In this document: piece after piece, positions 1-9,116 of the stretch
Position numbering within the stretch: the stretch's first letter is position 1
How the letters are laid out: each line of letters begins with the position of its first letter
Virus record (IMG/VR): IMGVR_UViG_3300037010_001702
Location: 62,001-126,000 of that record
Direction: 5' to 3' (one strand)
DNA length: 64,000 nucleotides
Notes under the pieces: generated by a model
The model's input: the letters and a program-made list of their open reading frames with translations, nothing else
Database searches by the model: none
Told to the model about the DNA's origin: nothing
Made by a program: the position numbers and the translations under genes

Positions 1-37
1 TACTGCTGACGGCTCAGCATACGAGTATAATAATCTA

Positions 38-448
38 ATGCATGTTAGCGGCGATCCTATACCACCAAAATCAGAATTAGATCCATATCTTATAAAGGTT
101 CTTCAGAATAACAAGTGGAAAGAAATTCAAACGTACAGAGATCAACGTAAAGTATTAGGTACTTTCGTTGTAGACAAATGGTTTAACTCAGATGACTTCT
201 CCCGTATTCAACAACTGGGATTAGTTATGATGGGGACGAATATGCCGCCAGGCATTATGTGGAAGACTATGGATGGTTCATTCATTCCTATGACCCCACA
301 GTTGGCGCAGCAATTGTTCTTTGCTGTTGCAACACAGGATATGGTAATCTTCGGAGTTGCGGAGCATCATAGAGTAGCTATGATGGCTTCATCTCACCCA
401 GATACATATGATTTTTCACAAGGTTGGCCTAAAGTGTATGGAGAATAA
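38..448 (+). CDS. DUF4376-like tail fibre-associated protein (frame is open to the window edge, so the true start may lie upstream)
   Basis: KW..I...RD.R...G.....KWF.SD..SRIQ..GL and WKTMDGSF..MT...YDFS.GWP patterns; no in-frame stop between 2 and 38. Confidence 0.7.
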   Translation: MHVSGDPIPPKSELDPYLIKVLQNNKWKEIQTYRDQRKVLGTFVVDKWFNSDDFSRIQQLGLVMMGTNMPPGIMWKTMDGSFIPMTPQLAQQLFFAVATQDMVIFGVAEHHRVAMMASSHPDTYDFSQGWPKVYGE

Positions 449-450
449 CT

Positions 451-1086
451 ATGCAAGATTTTCTTAGAAAGTATTTTGGATGGTTGGTGAATTGGATTTC
501 ATCTACTATCGGTAAAATTAATTGGAAACAAACTCATCCAATTACAGATGCGGATAAAGCACTGATCATGTCTATGCTCGAAAAAGATTATTACATTATT
601 GCTACACGACATAGTAATCATTTGTCAACTTATGCAATTAGCTTGGCTGGATTCTGCTGTACAGGAAGATGGAGCACTTATGGCCATGTATGCATGAATC
701 TTGAAGGTGATGCCCCAGGAAAAGAAGATTTCCGTTTGGTTGAGGCTGTTGGAGTTGGGTCAAAGTATTCCACGTTTGATGAAGTATTTGGCGACTGTGA
801 TGGGGTTGCTCTTCTGAAGCCACGTAATATGTCAATTGACCAATGGACATTAGTTCTAGACAAAGCAAAATCAGAAGTCGGTAAACCATATGATACGCTA
901 TTTGATCTTTCAAATGATAAAGCAGTAAGTTGTGTTGAATTAGTTAGAGATGCTCTTCAAGGTGAACAAAACTATGCAACCGACTTTGCCAACTTTGATC
1001 GCATGATAAATAAGATCAACAATCTTACTCCTCAAATGTTCAGAGACTGCCCAGACTTTGAGGTTGTTCTTGAAATAAAGAGATAA
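451..1086 (+). CDS. Permuted papain-like amidase, YiiX/YebB (NlpC/P60, C92) family
   Basis: His before Cys: YGHV...VEAVGVG...GKPYD.LFD......SCVELV. Confidence 0.8.
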   Translation: MQDFLRKYFGWLVNWISSTIGKINWKQTHPITDADKALIMSMLEKDYYIIATRHSNHLSTYAISLAGFCCTGRWSTYGHVCMNLEGDAPGKEDFRLVEAVGVGSKYSTFDEVFGDCDGVALLKPRNMSIDQWTLVLDKAKSEVGKPYDTLFDLSNDKAVSCVELVRDALQGEQNYATDFANFDRMINKINNLTPQMFRDCPDFEVVLEIKR

Positions 1087-1467
1087 ATGTCAATTAACGC
1101 CTGCTCGATTAACGAGTTCACAATTAACACCCTGTGTGGAAGACGTCGGCAGGCTATCATTGATAGTCTGCGTCCACCAGTTCCTGTTATAGGTGAGCGT
1201 GGACATCCACAGCACGTTAATCCTGTAACGCAGGTTCCTATGAGCATCTTCAGAAGAGATGCTGATAGAGACGATGATGTTGAGATCACTAACCTTGAAC
1301 AGTCGCACGTGTCGGTCACTATCCAGTTTGCTGGGCAGACCTTCAGTCAGATACTTGAACGCCCAAGCTTTGATCCTGTGGTAACTGTTTACGGTATATC
1401 AGTTTCTGATCAAATAGACGAACAAGTAAGTATTACTGATTTTAGAATGCACGTTCTAAATGCATAA
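1087..1467 (+). CDS. Hypothetical protein
   Basis: 126 aa ORF abutting the upstream stop; GATAAATA at 1005-1012. Confidence 0.6.
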   Translation: MSINACSINEFTINTLCGRRRQAIIDSLRPPVPVIGERGHPQHVNPVTQVPMSIFRRDADRDDDVEITNLEQSHVSVTIQFAGQTFSQILERPSFDPVVTVYGISVSDQIDEQVSITDFRMHVLNA

Positions 1468-1745
1468 TTTCTACTGCTACATTTGGTTTAATCCTAAGAA
1501 CGATTCACTAATATATGTTGGCAAGGGCCATTGGGCCAAATCTCATCTTCAATCAAAGCAAACACGACTAAGTAAATTATTGAACAAGAGAAATTAAGAT
1601 TATTTTTCCATCTGGTGAGGAACAGGTTATTTCTAATCTGAATAGCTTCTGTAAAGCACGCTCGCTTAATCAGGGAAATATGACTATCATTGCTAAGAAC
1701 GGCAGGCCGAAGCAACATAAAGGTTTCAAATGCCAGTATGTATAA
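1460..1745 (+). pseudogene. Internally deleted GIY-YIG-type homing endonuclease relic
   Basis: Manual translation gives MHNFYCYIWFNPKNDSLIYVGKGHWAKSH...stop, then in another frame IIFPSGEEQVISNLNSFCKARSLNQGNM...HKGFKCQYV (NUMOD1-like HTH). Confidence 0.65.
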
Positions 1746-1748
1746 ATA
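1741..1748 (+). promoter_or_regulatory. T4-type late promoter TATAAATA
   Basis: Exact gp55 consensus 28 nt before ATG 1776. Confidence 0.8.
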
Positions 1749-1775
1749 TTGCTATCAAATTCAGGATTCTTTAAA

Positions 1776-2516
1776 ATGGAATTGTCATTCCCTTCCAACA
1801 AACAAATAGAACTGACCTTCAAGGTTGGTGTAGCTGGTACTTCAAGTGCTCCTCAGTCTGTGTCTGTCGTTCTTGAAAAGAATTCCAAGTCGCAAAGCTT
1901 CTCAGCTAAGCAGGATGGAGATGATTGGATTGCACTTATCGATAACCCAGGTCACCTTTTTGGTGAAGGTGAGGTGAGTATTGCCATCAATGTTCTTCTC
2001 AACAATCGTTTATTCACCCCATTTAAGGGAGTTGCTTCCATTACCGGTGAAGTTGGTGATGAGATTGAAATTCATCCAGAGGTAAAGCCAGCTGAAGTAC
2101 CAACCCCAGAGCCAGCTGAAGTACCAACCCCAGAGCCAGTCGTTCCTCCAATGCCAGGAGTTTCGCCACCAGCTCCAGAGCCTGCAGTTACAGTTGAAGC
2201 TCCAGCTCAGCCTAAGGTCGTTAACTCGCTGCTTAAGTCGGTTGAAAAAGCAGTTCCGCCTGCACGTAAGAAGGTTACCGTCGCTGATGTGAAATCCATT
2301 TTCAAATCTACTACTGTAAAGAAACCAGTTTCTAAATCCACGTCTCAAGATAAGGAAGTTGTAGCAAATGCTACACCTCCAGTTAAGATGGGTTTACTTA
2401 AGTCAATAGAACCAGGAAACAGTGAAAAAAAAGTCAAGAAAGTAGCTGAAACAGTGAATAATGTTTCAACCGGACCTATTTTTAAGATAAAACGTTCTAA
2501 AATCATCCTTAAGTAA
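1776..2516 (+). CDS. Hypothetical late protein with Pro/Glu linker and Lys-rich C-terminus
   Basis: ATG 1776 preferred to TTG 1749; tandem PAEVPTPE repeat (24 bp x2, near 2086-2135). Confidence 0.7.
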   Translation: MELSFPSNKQIELTFKVGVAGTSSAPQSVSVVLEKNSKSQSFSAKQDGDDWIALIDNPGHLFGEGEVSIAINVLLNNRLFTPFKGVASITGEVGDEIEIHPEVKPAEVPTPEPAEVPTPEPVVPPMPGVSPPAPEPAVTVEAPAQPKVVNSLLKSVEKAVPPARKKVTVADVKSIFKSTTVKKPVSKSTSQDKEVVANATPPVKMGLLKSIEPGNSEKKVKKVAETVNNVSTGPIFKIKRSKIILK

Positions 2517-2524
2517 CAAAACAG

Positions 2525-2553
2525 TGTACTTTCTGCAGGTTATGGGGTATAAT
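2525..2553 (+). promoter_or_regulatory. Early sigma70-like promoter
   Basis: TGTACT-N17-TATAAT. Confidence 0.7.
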
Positions 2554-2586
2554 TGCCTTAACAAACAAACAAACAGAAAGGGCATT

Positions 2587-3027
2587 ATGCTTATCCTCGT
2601 TTTTTCAGTAATAGCCATTCTTGCAGGTTGCGGAATGACTCGCACCCTTATAGTTCTGTTTTTCCTTGCCCAGGCCGCGATAGGTATGTCCTGCGCTGTT
2701 ATTATGTCACTCAGTCTTGAATACCTGTTTAGTACTAATGCCGAATGGGCTATCTTCCAAAATCACATTGAATTGGTTTTTGCTAACCAGAATTTAGACT
2801 GGTTCATGATGCCAACTCCTAATGAAACTCTTGGGCACGTTCTTTTTACACTCCCATTTCATGCTTTCTGGGCTCTCTCAAAAATTGTGTTTGTAGTGTA
2901 CCGTGATATTCCAAAGCACTTTTACTTCTGGATACCCCAAGCGATTGTATTTTACTGGGCCATAGTAATGGGAGAGGGAGTAATAAGGTCTGTTCTGTTC
3001 TTGACCCCTCCGCGCAACAATCAGTAA
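2587..3027 (+). CDS. Multi-pass membrane protein
   Basis: Several hydrophobic segments; ATG 2587 follows AAAGGG and the promoter. Confidence 0.65.
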   Translation: MLILVFSVIAILAGCGMTRTLIVLFFLAQAAIGMSCAVIMSLSLEYLFSTNAEWAIFQNHIELVFANQNLDWFMMPTPNETLGHVLFTLPFHAFWALSKIVFVVYRDIPKHFYFWIPQAIVFYWAIVMGEGVIRSVLFLTPPRNNQ

Positions 3028-3042
3028 AGGTCAATAAACCCC

Positions 3043-3072
3043 GTGAAAAGGGCTCCTGGGAGCCCTTTTCAC
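3043..3072. terminator. Intrinsic terminator hairpin
   Basis: GTGAAAAGGGCTCC-TG-GGAGCCCTTTTCAC. Confidence 0.75.
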
Positions 3073-3125
3073 ATTGTGAAATTGCTGATGCACGGCTTCT
3101 ACCCTTTAGGATAAATAAATACATC

Positions 3126-3629
3126 ATGAAACTCTCAGACGTTTTCTACACTATTCGTAGCTACTTTAGACCATACAACGTGGTGAAAATCCAGCACCTC
3201 CCAAGAACTTGGTGCGATCGAGATCACGTCATGTTTCACGCAATGTTTCAGATTTTGGTTGACTTTGTAGAACTTGAACACCCTTTCACCAATGACTATG
3301 AAATGAAAAAGCGCTTTACTAATCGTGAAGCGATGAGAACAGCCATTTTGAAAAAGCGCAGCCCCGCCTACATTGAAGAAAATTACTTTTCAGGCAACTG
3401 CTCAGCTGGTGAGAAGATTGCTCGTATGAGTAACGCTATTTCCAGAGTGATGATAGATGAAGAAGTGTTTGCTCTGTACGAATGGTACAAAGATAAGAAA
3501 TATGAACTGCCTAAAGAAGTTTGGATGTCATGTGATGACACCTCACTCGAAGCTGACGATGCTAACGATAAGAAGATTGACGAAATGCTGCATCGTCTTT
3601 TAGCAATACGAAAGCACCTATGGACTTAG
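3126..3629 (+). CDS. Hypothetical phage protein
   Basis: 167 aa; W.DRD..M.HA.FQILVDFVE.E and R..LWT patterns; GATAAATA at 3110-3117. Confidence 0.7.
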   Translation: MKLSDVFYTIRSYFRPYNVVKIQHLPRTWCDRDHVMFHAMFQILVDFVELEHPFTNDYEMKKRFTNREAMRTAILKKRSPAYIEENYFSGNCSAGEKIARMSNAISRVMIDEEVFALYEWYKDKKYELPKEVWMSCDDTSLEADDANDKKIDEMLHRLLAIRKHLWT

Positions 3630-3630
3630 A

Positions 3631-4275
3631 ATGAAAAATTATCTTGAGAATTCCGATGGGAGCAGAATTGATTTTAACGATATATCGTTAGAGTCTTTCG
3701 GCTCCCATATGTTTTTTGGGGAGGTGGATAATGATACCACGTCCAGTGCGGTTGAATTTATCCTAAAGGCAAATCAAATTTTCCCAGACAGACGGGACCT
3801 AACACTCTACATTAATAGCGTAGGTGGTGATGTTGCTGGAGGTTTTGGTCTTATAGACATTATGCAAGTGTCTAAGCTTCCAATAAGAACTGTGGGTCTT
3901 GGAAACATTATGTCAATGGGGGTCCTTATGCTCTGCGCAGGAGCTAAGGGTAAGCGCTACATGACTAAGAACACTCAAGTAATGGCACACCAATTCTCAG
4001 ATCATACTGATGGAAAATTCCATGAAATTATTTCTGTCTATAAGGCTGAGCTCTACATGGAGCAACAGTTCCTTCATCACTTCAAGACATTCACAAACTT
4101 AAAGGACAAGCAAATCAAGGACATCTTGTTCGGTCCTTCTGACCGCTGGTTGTCTCCGAGCGAATGCAAGAAGTTCGGAATTGTAGATCATGTGGTAGAT
4201 GAACTGCCGCACTTTAATCTTGAACTTCCTGCTCCTGTGACTTCGCGGAAATCAATGCCTCGATCTCAGAAATAA
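3631..4275 (+). CDS. clpP: ClpP-like serine protease
   Basis: YINSVGGDV..G, GLG.IMSMG (Ser), VMAHQ (His), DRWLSP.E..FGIVD (Asp). Confidence 0.9.
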   Translation: MKNYLENSDGSRIDFNDISLESFGSHMFFGEVDNDTTSSAVEFILKANQIFPDRRDLTLYINSVGGDVAGGFGLIDIMQVSKLPIRTVGLGNIMSMGVLMLCAGAKGKRYMTKNTQVMAHQFSDHTDGKFHEIISVYKAELYMEQQFLHHFKTFTNLKDKQIKDILFGPSDRWLSPSECKKFGIVDHVVDELPHFNLELPAPVTSRKSMPRSQK

Positions 4276-4429
4276 ATCGTAGGTATTGGTTAGTGAATGA
4301 AGCATTGATGCCTTTCATGTTGTAGTAACGGTCGGTCATCTGCATCCGCACGTCTATCAACTGCTGGACTGACATCCCAGGCCAATCTGATTTAGGTGGG
4401 ATTACAATGGCTTCTTTATCTTCTGACAT
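4214..4429 (-). CDS. Small hypothetical protein, convergent with clpP and overlapping it
   Basis: 71 aa ORF with upstream GGAG RBS. Confidence 0.6.
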   Translation of the reverse strand: MSEDKEAIVIPPKSDWPGMSVQQLIDVRMQMTDRYYNMKGINASFTNQYLRFISEIEALISAKSQEQEVQD

Positions 4430-4493
4430 AGTTTATCTCCTATGATATGTAGATATTTAATGAATCCAGTATATCAGTTTGCGGTGGGAAGGG

Positions 4494-4501
4494 TATAAAT
4501 A
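4494..4501 (+). promoter_or_regulatory. Late promoter TATAAATA
   Basis: Exact consensus upstream of ATG 4543. Confidence 0.75.
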
Positions 4502-4542
4502 AACAAGAAAATGCAGATGTGCAGCTCTTTATAGGGAATAGA

Positions 4543-4935
4543 ATGAGACTCAATGAAATTAAACAAGTGAATGTCGGTGAATACAATCTTGCAGAAGGCG
4601 TAATTCCAGTGCACATATCTATAACATTGGAGCAGGTTATTTCTGCTGGTAAGGTCACAAACAACGTCCAAAACTTCATTATGGCTGGCCTCATCAGCAT
4701 GTTTAAGGATGGTGGGCCAACTCGTTGGCCTCGAGACCTTAATTCATACGCGATGGCAACAAGTGCTGAGCTGGTAGAAGCTGTCAAGAATCTTTCCCCC
4801 ACTGACTCTGTTCAAATGGCACACTGGCTCCTTCAACAGCTTGCTAATCCGGCGAGCTTTGAATCCAATCCGTACTGTAACTCTGGGATGCAGATGAATG
4901 AATGGGTTCGCTGGGTATTGCGCAGACAAGACTAA
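4543..4935 (+). CDS. Hypothetical late protein, putative internal head protein
   Basis: Starts MRLNEI; follows a late promoter. Confidence 0.6.
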   Translation: MRLNEIKQVNVGEYNLAEGVIPVHISITLEQVISAGKVTNNVQNFIMAGLISMFKDGGPTRWPRDLNSYAMATSAELVEAVKNLSPTDSVQMAHWLLQQLANPASFESNPYCNSGMQMNEWVRWVLRRQD

Positions 4936-5035
4936 TTTCCCGTAACATTTTAACTAAGAAAGGAGTAGGACTCTCAATAGCTGAACATTGCCCGGTGATT
5001 GACTTTATCAACCAAACCAATTAAGGAGTACCTTA

Positions 5036-5845
5036 ATGACAGCTAAGCGTAAACAGCGCTATCCACAACCTGTCCCTGAAACATCAGCAGGCACAAAAGT
5101 CAAAGTTAGACAACAACTCAAAGCGAAAAACTTTACGCAAGAGATGTACATCGAATCGCTCCAAGAACAGCCCCTTACGATCTGTAGTGGTCCAGCTGGT
5201 TCAGGAAAAACCTACCTCGTCACCCACATCGCCGTTAAAAAGCTCATTGACAATCACGTCAATAAGATTATTCTTACACGTCCTGTAGTAGAGGCTGGCG
5301 AACACTTGGGATTCTTGCCTGGTACTTTGGAAGAGAAGTTAGATCCATATCTACTTCCACTTATGGACGCTATTGAGGACCATGTAGGTCCGACAATGGC
5401 TAAAAAGTTAGTTGAGTCTGGAAAGATTGAAGTTGCACCACTAGCATTCATGCGCGGGAGAACCTTCAACAATGCTTTCGTTATTCTCGATGAAGCTCAA
5501 AATGCAACTGTTGAGCAGATAAGAATGTTCGTCACAAGACAGGGTTATGATAGCATCTTCGCTATCAATGGTGATCTAAGTCAAACCGACTTGGTGAAGC
5601 CAAGGGACGCTGGAGCCGATTGGGAAAATGGGCTTCAGTATATTATTCGCAAACTTAAGGGGAGGGACGCAAATATCAACTATATAGAATTCCTAAACAG
5701 AGACGTTGTTCGTTCGTCAATGGTTCAGAGAATACTTACTTTGCTAGACGCACCTGAACCAAAGAAACAAGCTGAAAACCCCGCACGGGTAATTGGCGCT
5801 AGACACTCATTCATAGACGAGCCTCAGGGTATCGCACTACAGTAA
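5036..5845 (+). CDS. phoH: PhoH-family ATPase
   Basis: GPAGSGKT, TRPVVEAGEHLGFLPG, FMRGRTF, DEAQN, GD.SQ.D. Confidence 0.95.
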   Translation: MTAKRKQRYPQPVPETSAGTKVKVRQQLKAKNFTQEMYIESLQEQPLTICSGPAGSGKTYLVTHIAVKKLIDNHVNKIILTRPVVEAGEHLGFLPGTLEEKLDPYLLPLMDAIEDHVGPTMAKKLVESGKIEVAPLAFMRGRTFNNAFVILDEAQNATVEQIRMFVTRQGYDSIFAINGDLSQTDLVKPRDAGADWENGLQYIIRKLKGRDANINYIEFLNRDVVRSSMVQRILTLLDAPEPKKQAENPARVIGARHSFIDEPQGIALQ

Positions 5846-5869
5846 GTAGCTAGCACTTCATCAATAGAC

Positions 5870-5901
5870 CTGGGCTGATTTCAAAGGAGGGATCAGCCCA
5901 G
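5870..5901 (+). terminator. Hairpin terminator after phoH
   Basis: CTGGGCTGAT...ATCAGCCCAG. Confidence 0.6.
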
Positions 5902-5908
5902 CGTTTCG

Positions 5909-5916
5909 TATAAATA
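5909..5916 (+). promoter_or_regulatory. Late promoter TATAAATA
   Basis: Exact consensus upstream of the fibre genes. Confidence 0.8.
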
Positions 5917-5992
5917 CTCTGATTATGCTGCTTAATTATCACCGCCTTTTGAGCAGTACCTTAATTTAGTGAAGCGGCACTAAGGAGTACTA

Positions 5993-6754
5993 ATGACGAC
6001 TTATACAGTTACCTGGTCAAGCAACAACGCTGAGGGTATTGCTGGGAAAACAGCAATTTCTATCCCGCAGCAAACGCTCGACACAACATCTACTACACTT
6101 ACCCTCACGGGAAAAGGCACCCAATACGGGCAAATTCAGCAGCAGAACTTCATCCGCTTGCTTGAGAACTTTGCTTCCGTCATTCCTCCTGTTAATCCTA
6201 CAGTGGGACAGCTTTGGTTCAATCCAACTGATGCTGCTCTTTACTGCTGCGCCGAGCTCGCTCAAACGCCAGGACAGACACTTTTCTATCAGTCAAATGG
6301 TAAGGGGTGGATCAATATAGGTAACATTGGTGCTACGTCTGGTCCAATTACGGTGCTCGCGTCCAGTATTATCAATGCACTTGGTTACACACCATACCCA
6401 ACTGAAACAAATCCTAATGGATACATTGCTTCAGTAAGCTCTACAAATATCACTAATGCTCTTGGCTACATCCCATATAATGCAGCCAATCCTAATAGCT
6501 ACATTAGTGCCGCTCAAGCTCCTGTGCAGTCAGTTGCTGGTAAGACGGGGGCAGTTGCCCTCGCTCAAGCTGACATTACTGGTCTTAAGACCACAGACAT
6601 GCCCACCTTCGCTGGAGTAAGCCTTAGAGGAGGTACTGCTGCCGCCATTAATCCTACAGATCCAGTTGATGGAGACATAAAGGTCGCTGGTTCAATCATT
6701 TCAATCTATGCTGCGGGTGGGTGGAACCAAGTATTCCCAGCGGTCTACTCTTAA
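5993..6754 (+). CDS. Short tail fibre / virion structural protein (paralog 1)
   Basis: YG...QQNFIRLLENFAS..PP.NPT.GQLWF anchor domain; two ALGY.PY repeats; VQSVAGKTGAV motif. Confidence 0.8.
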   Translation: MTTYTVTWSSNNAEGIAGKTAISIPQQTLDTTSTTLTLTGKGTQYGQIQQQNFIRLLENFASVIPPVNPTVGQLWFNPTDAALYCCAELAQTPGQTLFYQSNGKGWINIGNIGATSGPITVLASSIINALGYTPYPTETNPNGYIASVSSTNITNALGYIPYNAANPNSYISAAQAPVQSVAGKTGAVALAQADITGLKTTDMPTFAGVSLRGGTAAAINPTDPVDGDIKVAGSIISIYAAGGWNQVFPAVYS

Positions 6755-6766
6755 TTTGGAGACAAT

Positions 6767-8125
6767 ATGGCAGACACGATTTCATGGTCAAGCGGTGGTA
6801 CCGAGGGTATTCTTGGTAAGTCAACTATCACCATCCAAACAAAAAACGTAAACAACGAAGCATCCTCTCTTGCCCTTGTTGGGACTGGGGTTAAAAACTA
6901 TGGACCGATTGAACAGCAAAATATCATTCGTCTACTTGAGAATTTCGCATCCGCTAATCAACCAGCAAACCCAACCATTGGGCAGCTTTGGTTTAACCCA
7001 GTAGATGGTGTTCTTTATTTGTGCGTTGATCCACTACACGTTTCAAATCTAACCATTCACTACCCTGGAAATGGCATTGGCTGGGTTGACATCAGTAGCG
7101 CTCCAAGTTCATCATCGGTTATTTCAGCTCTTGGTTATACGCCATATAACGCAACGAATCCAAGTGGATATATCTCTGGTATTACTTCTGCCAATGTAAT
7201 TTCAGCTCTTGGCTACACACCATATCCAAGCACGAACCCGTACAACTACATCTCTAGCATTACCTACCAGAACGTTGTTACTGCTCTTGGTTTTACGCCA
7301 TACTCGGCTTCAAATCCAAACTCCTACATTTCAAGTAGCTCACCATCTAACATAATATCAGCACTGGGTTACACCCCTGTAAACAAAGCCGGTGATACGA
7401 TGACTGGCAATCTTGTTCTAAGTGCAAATCCAACAGCAGCCATGCATGCTGCCACTAAGCAGTACGTTGATGCTCATGGTGTAACAAGCGTTACTGTTGC
7501 TGGAGCTGCTGGAAGAATAACTGGTGGTGGCACAATTACATCAACTGGAACAGCTACTCTTGATCTCGCTGCCTCTGGGGTAGCTGCTGGCTACTACGGA
7601 ATGGCCAACATCAACGTTGATGCCTATGGTAGAATTACAAGTGCTGGAGCCGGAACTCTTACTGTTCAAGGTGTTGGTGCTCTTGCTGGTGGGGGTGTAA
7701 TTGGACAGGGTGGTACTGCCCAACTAAACATGGCCGCAATTCATGGTGGCGGAACATTTACCAATGCCACCGTTGTTCTTGACAGTTATGGTCGTGTAAC
7801 ATCTGCTGCATCAGGTGCCTCAGGAAGTGGTATTGGTGCTGGACAATCTTGGCATAACGTAAATGGTGCTCGCTCTTTCGGTACTGCATACTATAATCCT
7901 GCAAATGATGGCCGTCCTTGGATGGTTATCTACACCCCCGGTTCATCTGGTGGTCCATCTGGACAGTGCACTGCTGTTGTAAATGGACTTCAAGTCGCGG
8001 CAACCCACTCAGACACTACTAATGGTGGAACTTTCTATCCAATGTCATTTGTTGTTCCTGCGAATGGTTGGTACTATGTAACAAATGACCATAACAATAC
8101 GGCAAGCTGGGTTGAACTTTATTAA
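6767..8125 (+). CDS. Tail fibre protein (paralog 2)
   Basis: Same anchor domain; four ALG[YF]TP repeats; NKAGDTMTG, AATKQYVD, D.YGR.T fibre motifs; GQSW...SFVVP...WVEL tip. Confidence 0.85.
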   Translation: MADTISWSSGGTEGILGKSTITIQTKNVNNEASSLALVGTGVKNYGPIEQQNIIRLLENFASANQPANPTIGQLWFNPVDGVLYLCVDPLHVSNLTIHYPGNGIGWVDISSAPSSSSVISALGYTPYNATNPSGYISGITSANVISALGYTPYPSTNPYNYISSITYQNVVTALGFTPYSASNPNSYISSSSPSNIISALGYTPVNKAGDTMTGNLVLSANPTAAMHAATKQYVDAHGVTSVTVAGAAGRITGGGTITSTGTATLDLAASGVAAGYYGMANINVDAYGRITSAGAGTLTVQGVGALAGGGVIGQGGTAQLNMAAIHGGGTFTNATVVLDSYGRVTSAASGASGSGIGAGQSWHNVNGARSFGTAYYNPANDGRPWMVIYTPGSSGGPSGQCTAVVNGLQVAATHSDTTNGGTFYPMSFVVPANGWYYVTNDHNNTASWVELY

Positions 8126-8134
8126 GGACTAAAA

Positions 8135-8428
8135 ATGCCACACTACAAAGATAGCAACAACCAGGTGTACTGGCTTGATTCCATAGAGATGGAACATCTT
8201 CTTCCAGTAGATGCCGTTAACATTTCCGACAATGAAGTTGAAGTCATAAAGGCTCTTAAATTTCCCCCAAAAACTGGAAATGCTGCACTGCTTGAACAGA
8301 TAGGAATCATAGAAGCTTCAGTTACACCACGCCGATTAAGAGAAGCTGCTTTAACCGAAGCCGGAAAAGCTTGGCTTGCAGACGTGGATTCTCAAATTGC
8401 TGTGCTGAGAAACCAGCTGGTGAAATAA
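8135..8428 (+). CDS. Putative tail fibre assembly chaperone
   Basis: Directly after the fibre; C-terminal IE...TPRRLREAAL......L...D.QI..LR pattern. Confidence 0.65.
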   Translation: MPHYKDSNNQVYWLDSIEMEHLLPVDAVNISDNEVEVIKALKFPPKTGNAALLEQIGIIEASVTPRRLREAALTEAGKAWLADVDSQIAVLRNQLVK

Positions 8429-8477
8429 GGTTACCTAAAACTAATCGAAATTCTGTAACAAAGTAACCAACAAACTG

Positions 8478-8506
8478 TTTACATTCCTAAGAAATCAGGT
8501 TATAAT
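8478..8506 (+). promoter_or_regulatory. Early promoter for the RNA ligase N-half
   Basis: (G)TTTACA-N17-TATAAT. Confidence 0.8.
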
Positions 8507-8528
8507 AACCTATCTAAAGGAAAATAGT

Positions 8529-9116
8529 ATGTTAAAGATTACCGAAGTTGAAGAATTCCGTGAACTTGTAAAGTGCAAGGAAGAAATCCGTGAAGCCCAC
8601 ATCGGTCATGGCTGCACTTCCTTTTGCTACATGGTCTCTGGTCCAGATACCTTTGACTCGGCTGCTGCGCGTGAGTGTCGTGGTATCGTTTTTGACGGTC
8701 CAGATGTTGTTGGTCGTCCTCTTCATAAGTTCTTCAACGTGAATGAGCGTGAAGAAACCCTTCTAAAGAACTTGGATTGGTCAAAGGTTGTGCGAGTTAT
8801 GGATAAGCGAGATGGATGCTGTGACGAAGATACAGTGCTATTCACTATAGATGGCCCAAAGACCATTAAGGATGTGTGTGACTCCAATTACACAGGGTTG
8901 GTCATGGGCTGGAATCATGTCTTGAATGAAGTTCAGTGGACTCCTATTCTGGGTCATGAAGTTAAACCAAATAACAATGATTGGTATGAACTTGAAATGG
9001 AGGATGGAAGCAAGATCAAATTAACTGGAAACCACCTAGTATGGTGTATCAATCAAGAGAGATATGTTCGAGTTGATCAGCTCACAACACAGGATGAAGT
9101 TCAAAAACTGTACTGA
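8529..9116 (+). CDS. rnlA: T4 Rnl1-type RNA ligase N-extein (aa 1-96) fused to split intein N-fragment (aa 97-195)
   Basis: ECRGIVF and RPLHKFFNVNE Rnl1 motifs; motif I KRDG directly followed by intein block A CCDEDT and block B GSKIKLTGNHLVW. Confidence 0.92.
   Translation: MLKITEVEEFRELVKCKEEIREAHIGHGCTSFCYMVSGPDTFDSAAARECRGIVFDGPDVVGRPLHKFFNVNEREETLLKNLDWSKVVRVMDKRDGCCDEDTVLFTIDGPKTIKDVCDSNYTGLVMGWNHVLNEVQWTPILGHEVKPNNNDWYELEMEDGSKIKLTGNHLVWCINQERYVRVDQLTTQDEVQKLY
8817..9113 (+). mobile_element. Split intein N-fragment (IntN, 99 aa)
   Basis: Cys1 at 8817; TxxH; ends YVRVDQLTTQDEV as Hint N-domains do; no C-terminal HN. Confidence 0.9.

Noticed and set aside
1494-1718. 74 aa minus-strand ORF
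   Set aside because: Better explained as the antisense of the + strand GIY-YIG relic
5993-8125. Diversity-generating retroelement target in the fibres
   Set aside because: No reverse transcriptase in the window and no adenine-specific TR/VR pair seen; the repeats are diverged protein-level repeats
8135-9116. Functional link between the fibre genes and Rnl1 (T4 gp63 tail-fibre attachment role)
   Set aside because: Adjacency only; the ligase has a separate early promoter and nothing else supports the link
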